Source of the DNA: a virus
Virus record (IMG/VR): IMGVR_UViG_3300043185_000099
Location: 32,001-96,000 of that record
Length of the DNA stretch: 64,000 bases
Reading direction: 5' to 3' (one strand)
Within the stretch, counting starts at the first letter, position 1, and the number at the start of each line of letters is the position of its first letter. Below, one piece after another: positions 16,644-26,760 of this stretch. The translations under genes and the position numbers were made by a program. The notes beneath the pieces were generated by a model. That model did no database searches, was not told the DNA's origin, and saw only the letters and a program-made list of their open reading frames with translations.

Positions 16644-17276
16644 TTAGAACAGATCGACGATGCGGCCCACGGCCGGTTTCTCCTGGAATCTATCCCCGAC
16701 GAGACGTCGTTTGAAGTCGCGCAGAAGCAGCACACCCGCATCGGCGTCAGGAGCGGGACCCTTGAACACCTTCACCAAATCGCGCGCCTTCCGCCACACC
16801 GAAGCCAAGTACTCGCGGCGTGCAGGACCTACGACATTCGCGAGAAACCACTCGCCGATCTCCTTCATCGCCTCGTCGCGGGCGTCGCCGTGTTCGAGTT
16901 CGGGCACGATCATGTCGCTCCACGTCGCCGGAACGGCCCCAAACCAGATGTGGAGACTTTGCAGGGCTCGCAGGGCTTCTCTCGTCCTCGGCGAGAGGGG
17001 CGGCCAGTGCTTCCCATTCACGAGAAACCAGTTCACGAACAGCGGATCAAGGCCGTGTTTGGCCGCAATCCTTGCCTCCTCGCGCAAGATCTCCGGAATC
17101 GCCGCAACCAGATCTTTGAGCAGGGAGTCCTTTGTCGCCTCGTACGCCTGCTCGACCAGGCGTTCGCGCTCTGCTCGGGTCATCGCACGCGCTGGGGGTG
17201 GCTCCTCGCGCTGGTCTGGCTGCCCGAGCAGCTTGTCGAGCCACGCCCAGGCCACACGCTCGTGGGTCTCGATCAT
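16644..17276 (-). CDS. Hypothetical protein
   Basis: 210-aa ORF with a 4-nt overlap to the upstream gene; helical, protein-like composition. Confidence 0.6.
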   Translation of the reverse strand: MIETHERVAWAWLDKLLGQPDQREEPPPARAMTRAERERLVEQAYEATKDSLLKDLVAAIPEILREEARIAAKHGLDPLFVNWFLVNGKHWPPLSPRTREALRALQSLHIWFGAVPATWSDMIVPELEHGDARDEAMKEIGEWFLANVVGPARREYLASVWRKARDLVKVFKGPAPDADAGVLLLRDFKRRLVGDRFQEKPAVGRIVDLF

Positions 17277-18091
17277 CGAGGAGGCTCCATGAAATCAATG
17301 ACCACGCGCCCCGCCCCGGAGACGCTGATCTCGGCCCCTCGCACTGTCCTGGCGGTTCGCACCTGACCATAGGGGTGGATAGCAAAATCAACGCCAGGCA
17401 CATCGACGGTCCCGCGCACGGGAGGGTCAAGCGTCGCGACCGAACGGGGAACCATTGTTGAGAGCTTCTGCGCCACGTCGGCCGCGCGAGTCGAGTGGAG
17501 GCCTGCTGCCCGCAAGGCTCCCTGTGTCTTGTTCCCTAGGATCCCATCGATGGCCCCCACGTTGTAGCCGAGAAGGTGAAGCCGCGCCTGAATCATCCGC
17601 TCTGTCGCACGCGCTCCACCCCACGTCTCGACGTCAATCTGCGCGGCGCAACAGAATCCCGGCCATCCGGCTTCGCCGCGACCGGCACCGAGCAGGTTGT
17701 CCATGAGGATCGACCACTGACCGAACACGTGGAAGATATCGTCATGCGGTCCCGGCAAGGGGTACCTTGAGAAGGGGACGAACCCGAGGGGAATCGCAGC
17801 TCCCCAGAGCATGGCGATCTCTCGCTCCCGTCTTGACGCGGCTGGCTCGGCATCCTCGACCAAGTCGAGGCGCAGGTAGACCTCTCGACCCGTTGGAATG
17901 GCCGACCACTCGGGAGGCAGACCCGTCGGACCGGGGTCCTTCCGGACACTTTCCCATGTCATCTCGCTCGCTTCGCGACCGCTCACGTGCAGCCGTGCCT
18001 TGAGGGTGGTCACGCGGCTCTCGAGCTTGCGCAGCATGTCGACTGTGTCGGGTGTGAAGGTTCCGGTGCGGTACTGGATGAGACTGGTCAT
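17273..18091 (-). CDS. Peptidoglycan-binding-domain protein with a degenerate M15-peptidase-like N-terminus
   Basis: IQARLHLLGYNVGAIDGILGNKTQGALRA matches the PG_binding_1 pattern; ATG 18091 overlaps the groEL stop (ATGA). Confidence 0.7.
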   Translation of the reverse strand: MTSLIQYRTGTFTPDTVDMLRKLESRVTTLKARLHVSGREASEMTWESVRKDPGPTGLPPEWSAIPTGREVYLRLDLVEDAEPAASRREREIAMLWGAAIPLGFVPFSRYPLPGPHDDIFHVFGQWSILMDNLLGAGRGEAGWPGFCCAAQIDVETWGGARATERMIQARLHLLGYNVGAIDGILGNKTQGALRAAGLHSTRAADVAQKLSTMVPRSVATLDPPVRGTVDVPGVDFAIHPYGQVRTARTVRGAEISVSGAGRVVIDFMEPPR

Positions 18092-19716
18092 GGGGCCCTC
18101 TGCTTCTTCACAATCGCGACATCGGCCGTGAGCATAGTCGAGGCCGCCGAGATCGCGGAGATGACCGCGGCCTTCACGACTTCGTAGGGATCGCACAGAA
18201 CGGGAGGCTCCATCAGGTCCCGGAGCCGCTGGCGGATGGCGTCCCAGCCTACCCCCCAACCCATCCCCTCGGAGGCGTCCCTAGACGCCTCCAAGATGCT
18301 CCGCAGGACCACCGGAGGCTCTGCCCCGGCGTTCTTGGCGAGCACTTTCAGGGGCTCCCTGAGAGCCTCAGCGACGACCCTTGCCTCCACAGTGTCGTCC
18401 TCCGCGCGGAGCCGTTCAGAGAGGGCCAGGCAGGCTATGCCTCCTCCCGGGACGACGCCTCCCTCGACCGCCACCTTGACGGCGTTCAACGCGTCCTCGA
18501 CCTTGCCCTTTCGCTCGCGAATCTCGACCTGTGTCGCCCCACCGATACGGAGAACACAAAACCCGTCGGTCAGACGAGCGATCCGAGTGCGGATCTCCTC
18601 GATATCGTGGCTGTGGGTGGCCCGCTGCTCCTCAAGATGAAGCGCCGCCACACGAGCTTCGATCCGAGGGAACGCGTCCTCGAACGTGAACATGGTGGTT
18701 GTTGTCCGATTTGTGACGATACGTTGGGCCGAACCCAGATGTTCCGACCTGAAGCTGGCGATCGGGAGAGCGTGCGGATCGATGATGGTAGCGCCCGTCA
18801 AGGCCGCAATGTCCTCCAACTTGGTGCGAACTAGATCGGGGCGTCCCGGGAGGCGCACAGCCACGGCCTCAAACTTGACGCCGTCGGGGCGTTCCAACTT
18901 GCGGTCGTTGGCCACAATCGTCTGGAGAGCTTTCCCGTAACAGCCGCGAGACACGATCACGAGAGGGTGTGGAAACTGGATCGCCTCTTCCATGATTTGG
19001 CGAACGTCGTTGATCGTTTCCAGCGTGCCATCGACGATCGCTACGAGAGGGATTTCAAAGGCTCGTCGGCCCTCATCGTCGGCGAGATCGGAACTCTCGA
19101 GGCCGCCGGAGATTTCCATGCCGGTTTTGTGGACGATCTCGACTCCGCGACCCCGCCCGTCTTCAACGACGATCATGCCCTCGGTCCCGACAGCATCCAG
19201 CGCAGCGACGATGGCCTCAGCCACGTCTACATCACCGCCGCTCGCCTGGAGCGCTAGTTCTCGCAAGAGTGTGGGATCCTCTACGGGCAACCTCCACTCG
19301 GCGAGCATGTCGGAGACGCGGTTACTGATCCTGCGGAGGCCGTCAGCCAGTTCGACGACGTTGGTGCCGGCGGTCCATTTCACGGACTCACGAACGAGCG
19401 CGGCCAACAGCAGCGCCGTCGTTGTCGTCCCATCCCCGGTGGTCCGGGAGACGTGGCCGCACACGTTTTGCGCGATGCGGACCCCGAGACGATGCACAGG
19501 ATCAGCCGGCTCCAGTTCCCAGGCTACGGTTGCGCCGTCGCGAGTGGACAGGATTCCCCCCGCTCGATCCAGCATGACCGTCCTGCCCCGGGGCCCGAAG
19601 GTCACCGCGACTACCCGCTCAAAATCCCGGATTCCTGCTTGCAGGGCTTTGCGAGTAGGTGGTCCTTCAGAAACACAAACAGGGGTCTTAGTCCGTCGGG
19701 GCGAGCGCGAGACCAT
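18088..19716 (-). CDS. groEL: Phage-encoded group I chaperonin (GroEL-like)
   Basis: VAVTFGPRGRTV, TRDGATVA, TGDGTTTT, VGTEGMIVVEDG, LEDIAALTGA, RIARLTDG..VLRIGGAT..E..ERK.KVEDALNA, GVVPGGG, DPYEVVK. No GGM tail. Confidence 0.93.
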   Translation of the reverse strand: MVSRSPRRTKTPVCVSEGPPTRKALQAGIRDFERVVAVTFGPRGRTVMLDRAGGILSTRDGATVAWELEPADPVHRLGVRIAQNVCGHVSRTTGDGTTTTALLLAALVRESVKWTAGTNVVELADGLRRISNRVSDMLAEWRLPVEDPTLLRELALQASGGDVDVAEAIVAALDAVGTEGMIVVEDGRGRGVEIVHKTGMEISGGLESSDLADDEGRRAFEIPLVAIVDGTLETINDVRQIMEEAIQFPHPLVIVSRGCYGKALQTIVANDRKLERPDGVKFEAVAVRLPGRPDLVRTKLEDIAALTGATIIDPHALPIASFRSEHLGSAQRIVTNRTTTTMFTFEDAFPRIEARVAALHLEEQRATHSHDIEEIRTRIARLTDGFCVLRIGGATQVEIRERKGKVEDALNAVKVAVEGGVVPGGGIACLALSERLRAEDDTVEARVVAEALREPLKVLAKNAGAEPPVVLRSILEASRDASEGMGWGVGWDAIRQRLRDLMEPPVLCDPYEVVKAAVISAISAASTMLTADVAIVKKQRAP

Positions 19717-19745
19717 TTCGTCTCTACACTACACACTGCGCCGCT

Positions 19746-20063
19746 CTAGCACTCCCAGGACTCCTCGAGAGTGTCGTACCAGAGGATGTACTTGCGGATC
19801 GCCACCACGTCGGCTTTCCCGCTCGTCACGACAATCTCGATGTCCTTGACCGTGTCCACTTCGGCGAACGTCGCAATCACGTTAAATTCGGACTTGAGCG
19901 TGTAGGCCAAGTTCGGGTGGCAATCGCTGTAGCTGAGGTAGAGGGGACCGTGGCGCACGATGATCGTGGCCGCCACTCGTTTGTCGGCTTGCTCGCTGGG
20001 CACGGGCATCTCAACAATACCCTCGGAGGCGATGAGCGCGAGAATCAGGGTTTGAAGGATCAT
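19746..20063 (-). CDS. Hypothetical protein with a hydrophobic N-terminus
   Basis: MILQTLILALIA...; AGGAGA SD before ATG 20063. Confidence 0.55.
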   Translation of the reverse strand: MILQTLILALIASEGIVEMPVPSEQADKRVAATIIVRHGPLYLSYSDCHPNLAYTLKSEFNVIATFAEVDTVKDIEIVVTSGKADVVAIRKYILWYDTLEESWEC

Positions 20064-20120
20064 CTTGTCTCCTGTACGGACAATGCTTCGAGGATACACT
20101 GCGCTACTAGCGCAGCCCTC

Positions 20121-20732
20121 CTATGCTCCTTCGGGCTTCATTTCGGGCTCGGACGTGGCCTTGTTCTTCAGGAAGTGCTTGAAGACCATCTCCCAGAGCC
20201 CAACGGCGGACGCGCCGACCATGAAGCCTCCCGCGAGAGCATCGATGATACTTGCGCCTTCGACCATGAGAGCGGCGGCGATGTAGCCGAGGATGCTCGT
20301 ACCGGCCGCGAACCACGGCATTGCGGACTTGGGCAGCTTCTTGGCCAATCCCAGACGACCGGCGATGAACACGACGAGCATGATGGCCAGCGCGGCCACG
20401 AGGCTCCACTGTCCATTGCGCGCCGCATCGATCAAGGTTTTCACGGCCGCGGTGGCGGCGTCGTCGTCCTTGATTTCGGCGGGACTCTCGCTGTCGGCCT
20501 TCTCGAGAGTTCCTGGATTCTCCTTGGTTTCCTCGGCAGGATCAGCCGCTTTCGGCTCCTCGGCTTTGGCTTCCTCGGCCTTCGCCTCGGGTGTCCCGGG
20601 ATCCTCGGTTTTGGCTTCCTCGGCCTTCGCCTCGGGGGAAGCCTCTTCCGGAGGCGCCGCGATTGCGGGGATCGAAAACAGGAACGCAGCCACGAAGACT
20701 GCAGGGATAGGGATCATGAACGGGTTTCGCAT
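20121..20732 (-). CDS. Membrane protein (signal-peptide-like N-terminus, acidic linker, 3-4 TM helices), holin-like
   Basis: Hydrophobic N-terminus ending AIAA, EAKAEEAK repeats, then several hydrophobic helices and a basic-to-charged C-terminus; lies near the PG-binding gene. Confidence 0.6.
   Translation of the reverse strand: MRNPFMIPIPAVFVAAFLFSIPAIAAPPEEASPEAKAEEAKTEDPGTPEAKAEEAKAEEPKAADPAEETKENPGTLEKADSESPAEIKDDDAATAAVKTLIDAARNGQWSLVAALAIMLVVFIAGRLGLAKKLPKSAMPWFAAGTSILGYIAAALMVEGASIIDALAGGFMVGASAVGLWEMVFKHFLKNKATSEPEMKPEGA
20558..20636. repeat. 34-bp direct repeat (1 mismatch, 45-bp period) encoding PEAKAEEAKxE
   Basis: cctcggYtttggcttcctcggccttcgcctcggg at 20558-20591 and 20603-20636. 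Confidence 0.85.
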
Positions 20733-21106
20733 GGCTTCTTTCCTTTGGCGGCGAGGATCTTCTGTATGATCAGCGCCTTCGTGTCTCCGGGCTCCAGAAC
20801 CACCGCATGGCGGTCGGCCACTCTCCTCAATCTTTGATGCGGGAACGCGAGCAGGTCATCGGCAGTGACATGGTCGAGGTCGAGGGGCGCCTCTGGCATC
20901 GGACCTGAGTCGATGCCCCATGCGGGAGGTTCCTGCGCGGCGTACACCTTCGGACGACCAAGATCGCGCAGCTCTCGCCGGAGACGATTCATCTCCTCAA
21001 CCGAGAGATCGCTCCGTGACAGCGACGCTCGCAGAGACTTCCGATAGCTGTCCAAATGCGGACGCCGGACATCCATCGTCAACATCTGCTGAGAGATGTG
21101 TTTCAT
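20714..21106 (-). CDS. Hypothetical protein
   Basis: 130-aa ORF whose ATG overlaps the stop of the 1884-aa gene. Confidence 0.6.
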   Translation of the reverse strand: MKHISQQMLTMDVRRPHLDSYRKSLRASLSRSDLSVEEMNRLRRELRDLGRPKVYAAQEPPAWGIDSGPMPEAPLDLDHVTADDLLAFPHQRLRRVADRHAVVLEPGDTKALIIQKILAAKGKKPCETRS

Positions 21107-24100
21107 GTGATGTCGACCTGGTCACGGCCCGGGAACGGAGCCATCGAGATCGTCTCTGGATTGGGGGTTGTTCTGGTGCGACCGACGAACATAGGCTTGC
21201 CGTTGATGCGATAGCGATCAGCCGCAGCCGTGCCCTCCCCGAACCCTGTGGGGCCGATGATCCCGGCGAGCGTGACCCCTTTCGCTTGCGTGGACCCGTC
21301 TCCGAGCACTCCGTTGGTGAGGATGATCATCTGGATCTCGTCACCGTCGGTCGTCGTGTCATCGGTGGAGAACGCCTCCTCGAAGAAGTTGCGGACGAGC
21401 ACCGCCTTGCACGCAAGCAGGGCTCCCTTGAGGACCGGGGTGAGAGACGGCGGCAGTGCGTCGGAGAACCAGTCGAGAGGGCCGCCCGGATTGCGTCCCG
21501 AGAGCATGAGGGATGACCCGCCACCACGGTAGAGACGGAATCTTTTCGTTCCTCCAGGATTTGTGGTCGAGAAGGCCGTGTATTGCAAGATGGCCCCATC
21601 CGCCTCAGCCACCAGCTCGCCGGGTGCCCCTGAGAATCTCGTGAACTCCTCGCCGGCCGATCGCGTGAGAGGCAACAGAATCTGCACGGGGCGGATGCCA
21701 CCGTAGGTTGCCTGCACGGCGGAGGCGGCATCGTTGAGCGGGTTCTCGCCGATGAAGTCGCTGTCTTGCAGGAGGATGCCGAGCGGGAGACGGTCTGTCA
21801 TGCCCGTCAAGACGAGCTGTGTCGTCCCGTTGCCGGCATTGAGGACGAGATCCTGTCCCCCGAGCAGTGGGGTCGTGGTCAGCCGAGCGCTAAGACCCTG
21901 TTCTCCCGTCGTCGGGACCTTCAGCAGGAAGTTGACGAGATCGTTGACCTCAACCGTGACCGCGTTGCCCGCCGCTCCGACCGCGAACGCCACGATCTCG
22001 ATCTGAGGCGTGTCGATGTCGTTGAAGGCCACGATAGTGCTCTGGAGTTCTGTGCGTGCGTTGATCTTGTCGAACAATTCCCGGGCGATGACCGCCGGGT
22101 CCGGTGAGCTAGCGTCGAACTCACCGGGGTTCACCGTGGGGCCGTTGATTGCCACGAACGCAATGCGCTCTCCGGTGGGCTTGATCACCGTGAACGTCGA
22201 GACCAGGAAGTCGAAGGTCGCGTTGTTGCCGATGATCTCGAGAACAGCCTCTGCCCGGTCCGTGTTGGTCTTCGCCTGACCCTCCGTGAAGGCTCGTGTC
22301 AGAACACGCCACGGTGGGGTTGTGGCCTGTGCGGGGATCCTCGTGGATGCTGCGGGGGTGTTCTGAACGAACCCCACGTCTGTCACGGTGCCGGGGAAGA
22401 GCCTGCCTCCGATGTTGCCCGATCCCATCGTCGTGTAGAAGTCGAGAGATGCGAGCACTTGGAACGAGCGCGCGTTGGGACGCTCGGGGATCTGTTCACC
22501 ATCGACCTCGAATTGTTGGATGGCGAAGTTGAGCTGGTAAGCGTCCGACTGCGCGACTTGGCCGTAGCGGTCCTCGTAATCAGTCGTCATCCTCACTTCG
22601 CCCGCTCGCGTCATGTACGGGTCTCCTTGGTAGACGGTGCGCTCCTGCGCAACGTAGAGACGACTGGAATCCGGAGCTGCCGACGGGATCGCCATGAAAA
22701 ATCCCTGCAGTTCAGGGTTCAGTCCGTCCGTCCGCAGGGTCCCTTGTCCGTTGTGGCGCCGCGCCACCACGAAGTTGTTGTCGTTGACCCACCCTCTGGC
22801 GAACCCGAAGCAAGTGAACTCCAGGACATACTCCAAATCTGTGGGCAACTCCCCGTCCACGTAATTCGGAGACTTCGTGATGTCCAGGAGGTTGAACGGA
22901 ACTATGTACGTGTGGTCGCCCCGCTCGCCTGTGAGGTCGAACGCACCATCCTCACAGAGGAACAGAGTCTGCTTGGTGGCATCACGACGCATGAGGTTGA
23001 TCGCCCGATTAGCTTCGGGTGTCACTCGGTCGGCTTGGAATGTGGCGCCGCCCTTGGCGACGAAGTCTCGACGGTCGTAGACGCCGTAGAGCCGCGCAAT
23101 CCCAAGATACGGAGGCAACTGGATGCCGATGAGGCCCGACCCGAAATCCGAGCTGATGACGCTGTCGAGGTAGTTAGTGATCTCGGCTGCGTTGGTCGTC
23201 CCGGTGCCAATCTCCGTTGTGAGCCGTCCCTGGTAAGCGTTTCGCAGGGTGCCGATGATGTTGGCGAACTGGCCGTACTTGAGCCCCGATGTTGACCCCG
23301 TCTGCACACAGATGGGCGTGACCTGGACGCCGCCCGACAGGTTGTCCTCGCCGCCAATGATGTTGAACACCGGGTTGGTGAGGTCTGTCGTGTCGCAGAA
23401 CAGATGGTTGACGCCGTCCAGGAATATCCCTGCTCCGAACGCCGGTCCGTTGTCCTGGTAATAGGGGATGTCCATCCGCCCGAACCGCGGCATGTACTGT
23501 GGCGGCACCGGGTACCCCATCTGCAGCCCTGTGGTGAGGATCTGCGCGTCATCCTTGGGACCATCCCATCCGTTCAAGATGAGCGAGGGGTTGGGGTATT
23601 GGGTAGATGCGTTCGGGAAGTCTGGCGGGTTGTTGGCCCCCAACAACGTCGCGGTGACCGAAGGGATGATCGTGACCCCCTTCGTCGTCATGTTCTGGCG
23701 TTGGAACGGCCGGAACAACAACGTCTTCGATCCTGCGTCGAAGAAGCTCTCGTTCTCGCGGTCGGTCTCGGACGACAAAACGACATTACCTCCGTAGTTG
23801 GGAGCGTCCGGAGCCCACATGCCCAGACTCGGCAGGCGATTCCAGGTCTGGATGTGCGTCGGGTCGTAATTGACCTCGACCGGATTGCCCGGTGCTCCCG
23901 TCTGCGTGGGAAAATTCGGATCGAGGACGGCTCTGCTCTGCCGCATGATCCGGCTGTTCGGACTCTGAATGGCGATGCGGTGGATCAGATCGGGCACGCG
24001 GGCATTCGCCCCACGGCCAGGGTGGTAGAGGAGCGTCAGATTGAGGATTGCCTTGAAGTCGAACGGGGTCTGCAGCGTCTTCCCGTTGGCCGCCATGCTC

Positions 24101-26757
24101 GGGTTGATGTTGTTGATGTTCCAGGGATTGGCGGCACCTCCCTGCTGAGCCGTCAGATCCGTGAACGTGATGGTCAAAGTTGCGGGACCGATGGCGGACC
24201 CTCCGTTGTCCTCGGAGTTCGTGGTCTGCGACCGCAACTCGGCGGTGACCGTCTTCGTCGTCGTATTGTCGAAGTCGGTCACACCCTGGCTCAGGAACTG
24301 GACGCGGACGCGATTGGACGCCGAGGCCGGGTTCGTGGTGATCCCCGACACCGACGTGCCGGCTCCGATCACCTTGAAGGCGCCGTTGTTCGGCGTCTTG
24401 GAATCGTCCCCGAAGAGAATCAGGTACACCTCAGACGAGTTTCCCGTGATGTCCTTGCCGCCGTTGGTGAGCATGCTCCACAGGGTCCGCTCGCCGCGGA
24501 GGACGGGGAAGTTGAGCAGCGACGGGTCATTCTGAAAGTTGCCGTTGGCGTCCTTGGTCCACCAGTCGCCTGCGGTGTCGAAGTTAGTGCCGGGCAATAC
24601 GATCTCACCCTCACCGAGTGGGATCAGGGGATCGAGACTGTTCCCGATGAGCTGCGTGGCCCCGTCGATGCCGGTGACGACGGACGCGCTGTTGAGCACG
24701 CCACCACACACGAGGAACGGCCGCTCGAAATCGAGGAACTGCAGCGGGTACATCGGGCCCGGATGCTCCGTCGTCGACTCGCCGGGGCCCGCATTCGAGA
24801 GGGACTGAAGACCACCTCCAGATCCCGCCACCCCGGCGTTGGCCTGGTCACTGCTGACCCACTGGATCGAGACGGGGTGCTGCAGGCCCGTTGTCGAATC
24901 GGGGAACTGCTGCTTCCAGTATTCCTGCGGCGACACGAAGCGCACGGCTTTCGTACCCGCGGCTCGGAACGTCTTGCGTGCTCCGTTCGATCCATCGTCG
25001 CCTCCGATGTAGATGAAGATGGTCGTCCCGTTCGTGAACCCGGGCATCGCGTTGTTCTGGTTGTTCATGAACGCCGCCGGCTTGAAATCGGCGCCCACGT
25101 CCCACTCGACGAGGTCGTCGAGCGTCTGGATGAAGCCAGCGTTCATCGTAGCATCGGGGTTGAGGAGACAGGTGACATCTCCTTGAATCGTCGCAGCGTC
25201 AGACCAGATCTGGCGGATGCCGTCGGGACCATCGAGCGCCTCCGATCCAATGGGCACCGCTGTGGCACCATCCTGGAGCAGATAGTCGACTTCGGTGACG
25301 GACACGCCCTCCGTGTCCCCGCCCGGAGCGCCGGCCTGCTTCCAGGTCGAACGCAGATTATTGCGCATCAGGGCCGAGACATTGTGAAGGAGGAGCCTGT
25401 TGTAGTCCCAGTCCCCGATGATCGTGCCACGTCGCAAGTCCAGGATGTCGTCCTCGGACACCTCGTCGGCATAACGTCCGTCCGGGCGCGTGTTGAAGAA
25501 GTTGACGTTCGATCCACTGCCGAAGTCGTTGTTGTCGTTGCGGCCCACATGCGTCACGATGTCGGAGCCCCAACGGCCACGCCCGTTGGCGGGAACGGTG
25601 ACCGTTGGTGGGCTGGAAACCGTGTCGACGGCGGAGATCCCGATCACTTCCTCGTCGATGACCATGAACGCTTTGGTTAAATCGAGACTCGGATCGTCCC
25701 AGCCGGAGCCGATCAGGTTGTCTACCTGGATCAGCGTATCCACCGTGAATTGCTGCGGTGGCATGTCATTGATCAGCGTCATCTGGAGGAGCTGCTTGGC
25801 GCCGTCCCGCGGATCGGGGAGAGTCAACGCCGACGGGTTGCGATTGAAGGCGCCGTTCTGATTGGGAGCGCCCGCGAGATTGGCGGCGACGAACGGCTGG
25901 CTGTTGCGTCGGAACACGGCGCAAATCGGGATCGCGTAGGAGTAGCCGTCCGTCGTCCCAAGGTCGTTCTGGGAGTCGCCATCCCCGGCGCGCCAGAGCG
26001 AGGGATCGCCGAGCTGCGTGCGCATGTTCGCGAAGGTGAACGACGTAACAGCGCTGCTCGCCCCTTGAGCGAATACGTTGGGGTCGCCAAGGCCATCCGG
26101 GTAGACACTCAGGTCAGGGCTCGTGCCGGCCCCGGAACCTTCACCCACGACGCGGATGCGGTACTGGAGCTGCACGCGCTCCGTCGTCTCAAAGCCGATG
26201 GTGGGGTCCGTGATGTCATCAGAGATATTCGTGGCCCCGAACTCGACGTTGCCGTACTTCCAGACTGCGTTCGCGGCCGGCTTGTTGGCCGTGCTGGGAT
26301 TCGGCGCGACACTCACCATCCACGCCTCGAGGAAAACGAAGTCGATGCGGGAGTCGCTCTCGGGCGGAGGGAAGAGGCGAACCTCGTTGGACGTCGAGTT
26401 CTCCAACGTCAGGAACGTCCCGGTCACCGGGATGATCCACCCGTTGACGTTGGCGAAGAGGACGGGGCTAATCTCTTCCGGAGCCCCGTCTACGTCGTTC
26501 TTCTGTTGACCGAAGAGGAACCTGTTAGAGTCGAGCGGGTTGGTCACGAAGTCTGCCAGAGCCCGCGTCGGGTCCAGGAAGAACCCACTGTGCGCCTCGG
26601 CGCGCACGAGCTGCCGCAGCTGCTCGATCTGGTCCTGCTGCAGGAGGTTCAGCTCGCTGTCCAGCGGAGGCTTGCCCTGCTGGAAAACGACAACTTGGAA
26701 CTGCCGGGCAAGGGCAGAGAGGGTACGGCTGACTCCGTTTCCGAAATCTTCGGACAT
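21103..26757 (-). CDS. Very large virion structural protein (baseplate/tail-associated; DUF6519-like N-terminus)
   Basis: 1884 aa; VVFQQGKPPLDSELNLLQ N-terminal motif; Gly/Asn/Thr/Pro-rich; paralogous to 35380-38823. Confidence 0.75.
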   Translation of the reverse strand: MSEDFGNGVSRTLSALARQFQVVVFQQGKPPLDSELNLLQQDQIEQLRQLVRAEAHSGFFLDPTRALADFVTNPLDSNRFLFGQQKNDVDGAPEEISPVLFANVNGWIIPVTGTFLTLENSTSNEVRLFPPPESDSRIDFVFLEAWMVSVAPNPSTANKPAANAVWKYGNVEFGATNISDDITDPTIGFETTERVQLQYRIRVVGEGSGAGTSPDLSVYPDGLGDPNVFAQGASSAVTSFTFANMRTQLGDPSLWRAGDGDSQNDLGTTDGYSYAIPICAVFRRNSQPFVAANLAGAPNQNGAFNRNPSALTLPDPRDGAKQLLQMTLINDMPPQQFTVDTLIQVDNLIGSGWDDPSLDLTKAFMVIDEEVIGISAVDTVSSPPTVTVPANGRGRWGSDIVTHVGRNDNNDFGSGSNVNFFNTRPDGRYADEVSEDDILDLRRGTIIGDWDYNRLLLHNVSALMRNNLRSTWKQAGAPGGDTEGVSVTEVDYLLQDGATAVPIGSEALDGPDGIRQIWSDAATIQGDVTCLLNPDATMNAGFIQTLDDLVEWDVGADFKPAAFMNNQNNAMPGFTNGTTIFIYIGGDDGSNGARKTFRAAGTKAVRFVSPQEYWKQQFPDSTTGLQHPVSIQWVSSDQANAGVAGSGGGLQSLSNAGPGESTTEHPGPMYPLQFLDFERPFLVCGGVLNSASVVTGIDGATQLIGNSLDPLIPLGEGEIVLPGTNFDTAGDWWTKDANGNFQNDPSLLNFPVLRGERTLWSMLTNGGKDITGNSSEVYLILFGDDSKTPNNGAFKVIGAGTSVSGITTNPASASNRVRVQFLSQGVTDFDNTTTKTVTAELRSQTTNSEDNGGSAIGPATLTITFTDLTAQQGGAANPWNINNINPSMAANGKTLQTPFDFKAILNLTLLYHPGRGANARVPDLIHRIAIQSPNSRIMRQSRAVLDPNFPTQTGAPGNPVEVNYDPTHIQTWNRLPSLGMWAPDAPNYGGNVVLSSETDRENESFFDAGSKTLLFRPFQRQNMTTKGVTIIPSVTATLLGANNPPDFPNASTQYPNPSLILNGWDGPKDDAQILTTGLQMGYPVPPQYMPRFGRMDIPYYQDNGPAFGAGIFLDGVNHLFCDTTDLTNPVFNIIGGEDNLSGGVQVTPICVQTGSTSGLKYGQFANIIGTLRNAYQGRLTTEIGTGTTNAAEITNYLDSVISSDFGSGLIGIQLPPYLGIARLYGVYDRRDFVAKGGATFQADRVTPEANRAINLMRRDATKQTLFLCEDGAFDLTGERGDHTYIVPFNLLDITKSPNYVDGELPTDLEYVLEFTCFGFARGWVNDNNFVVARRHNGQGTLRTDGLNPELQGFFMAIPSAAPDSSRLYVAQERTVYQGDPYMTRAGEVRMTTDYEDRYGQVAQSDAYQLNFAIQQFEVDGEQIPERPNARSFQVLASLDFYTTMGSGNIGGRLFPGTVTDVGFVQNTPAASTRIPAQATTPPWRVLTRAFTEGQAKTNTDRAEAVLEIIGNNATFDFLVSTFTVIKPTGERIAFVAINGPTVNPGEFDASSPDPAVIARELFDKINARTELQSTIVAFNDIDTPQIEIVAFAVGAAGNAVTVEVNDLVNFLLKVPTTGEQGLSARLTTTPLLGGQDLVLNAGNGTTQLVLTGMTDRLPLGILLQDSDFIGENPLNDAASAVQATYGGIRPVQILLPLTRSAGEEFTRFSGAPGELVAEADGAILQYTAFSTTNPGGTKRFRLYRGGGSSLMLSGRNPGGPLDWFSDALPPSLTPVLKGALLACKAVLVRNFFEEAFSTDDTTTDGDEIQMIILTNGVLGDGSTQAKGVTLAGIIGPTGFGEGTAAADRYRINGKPMFVGRTRTTPNPETISMAPFPGRDQVDIT

Positions 26758-26760
26758 AGC

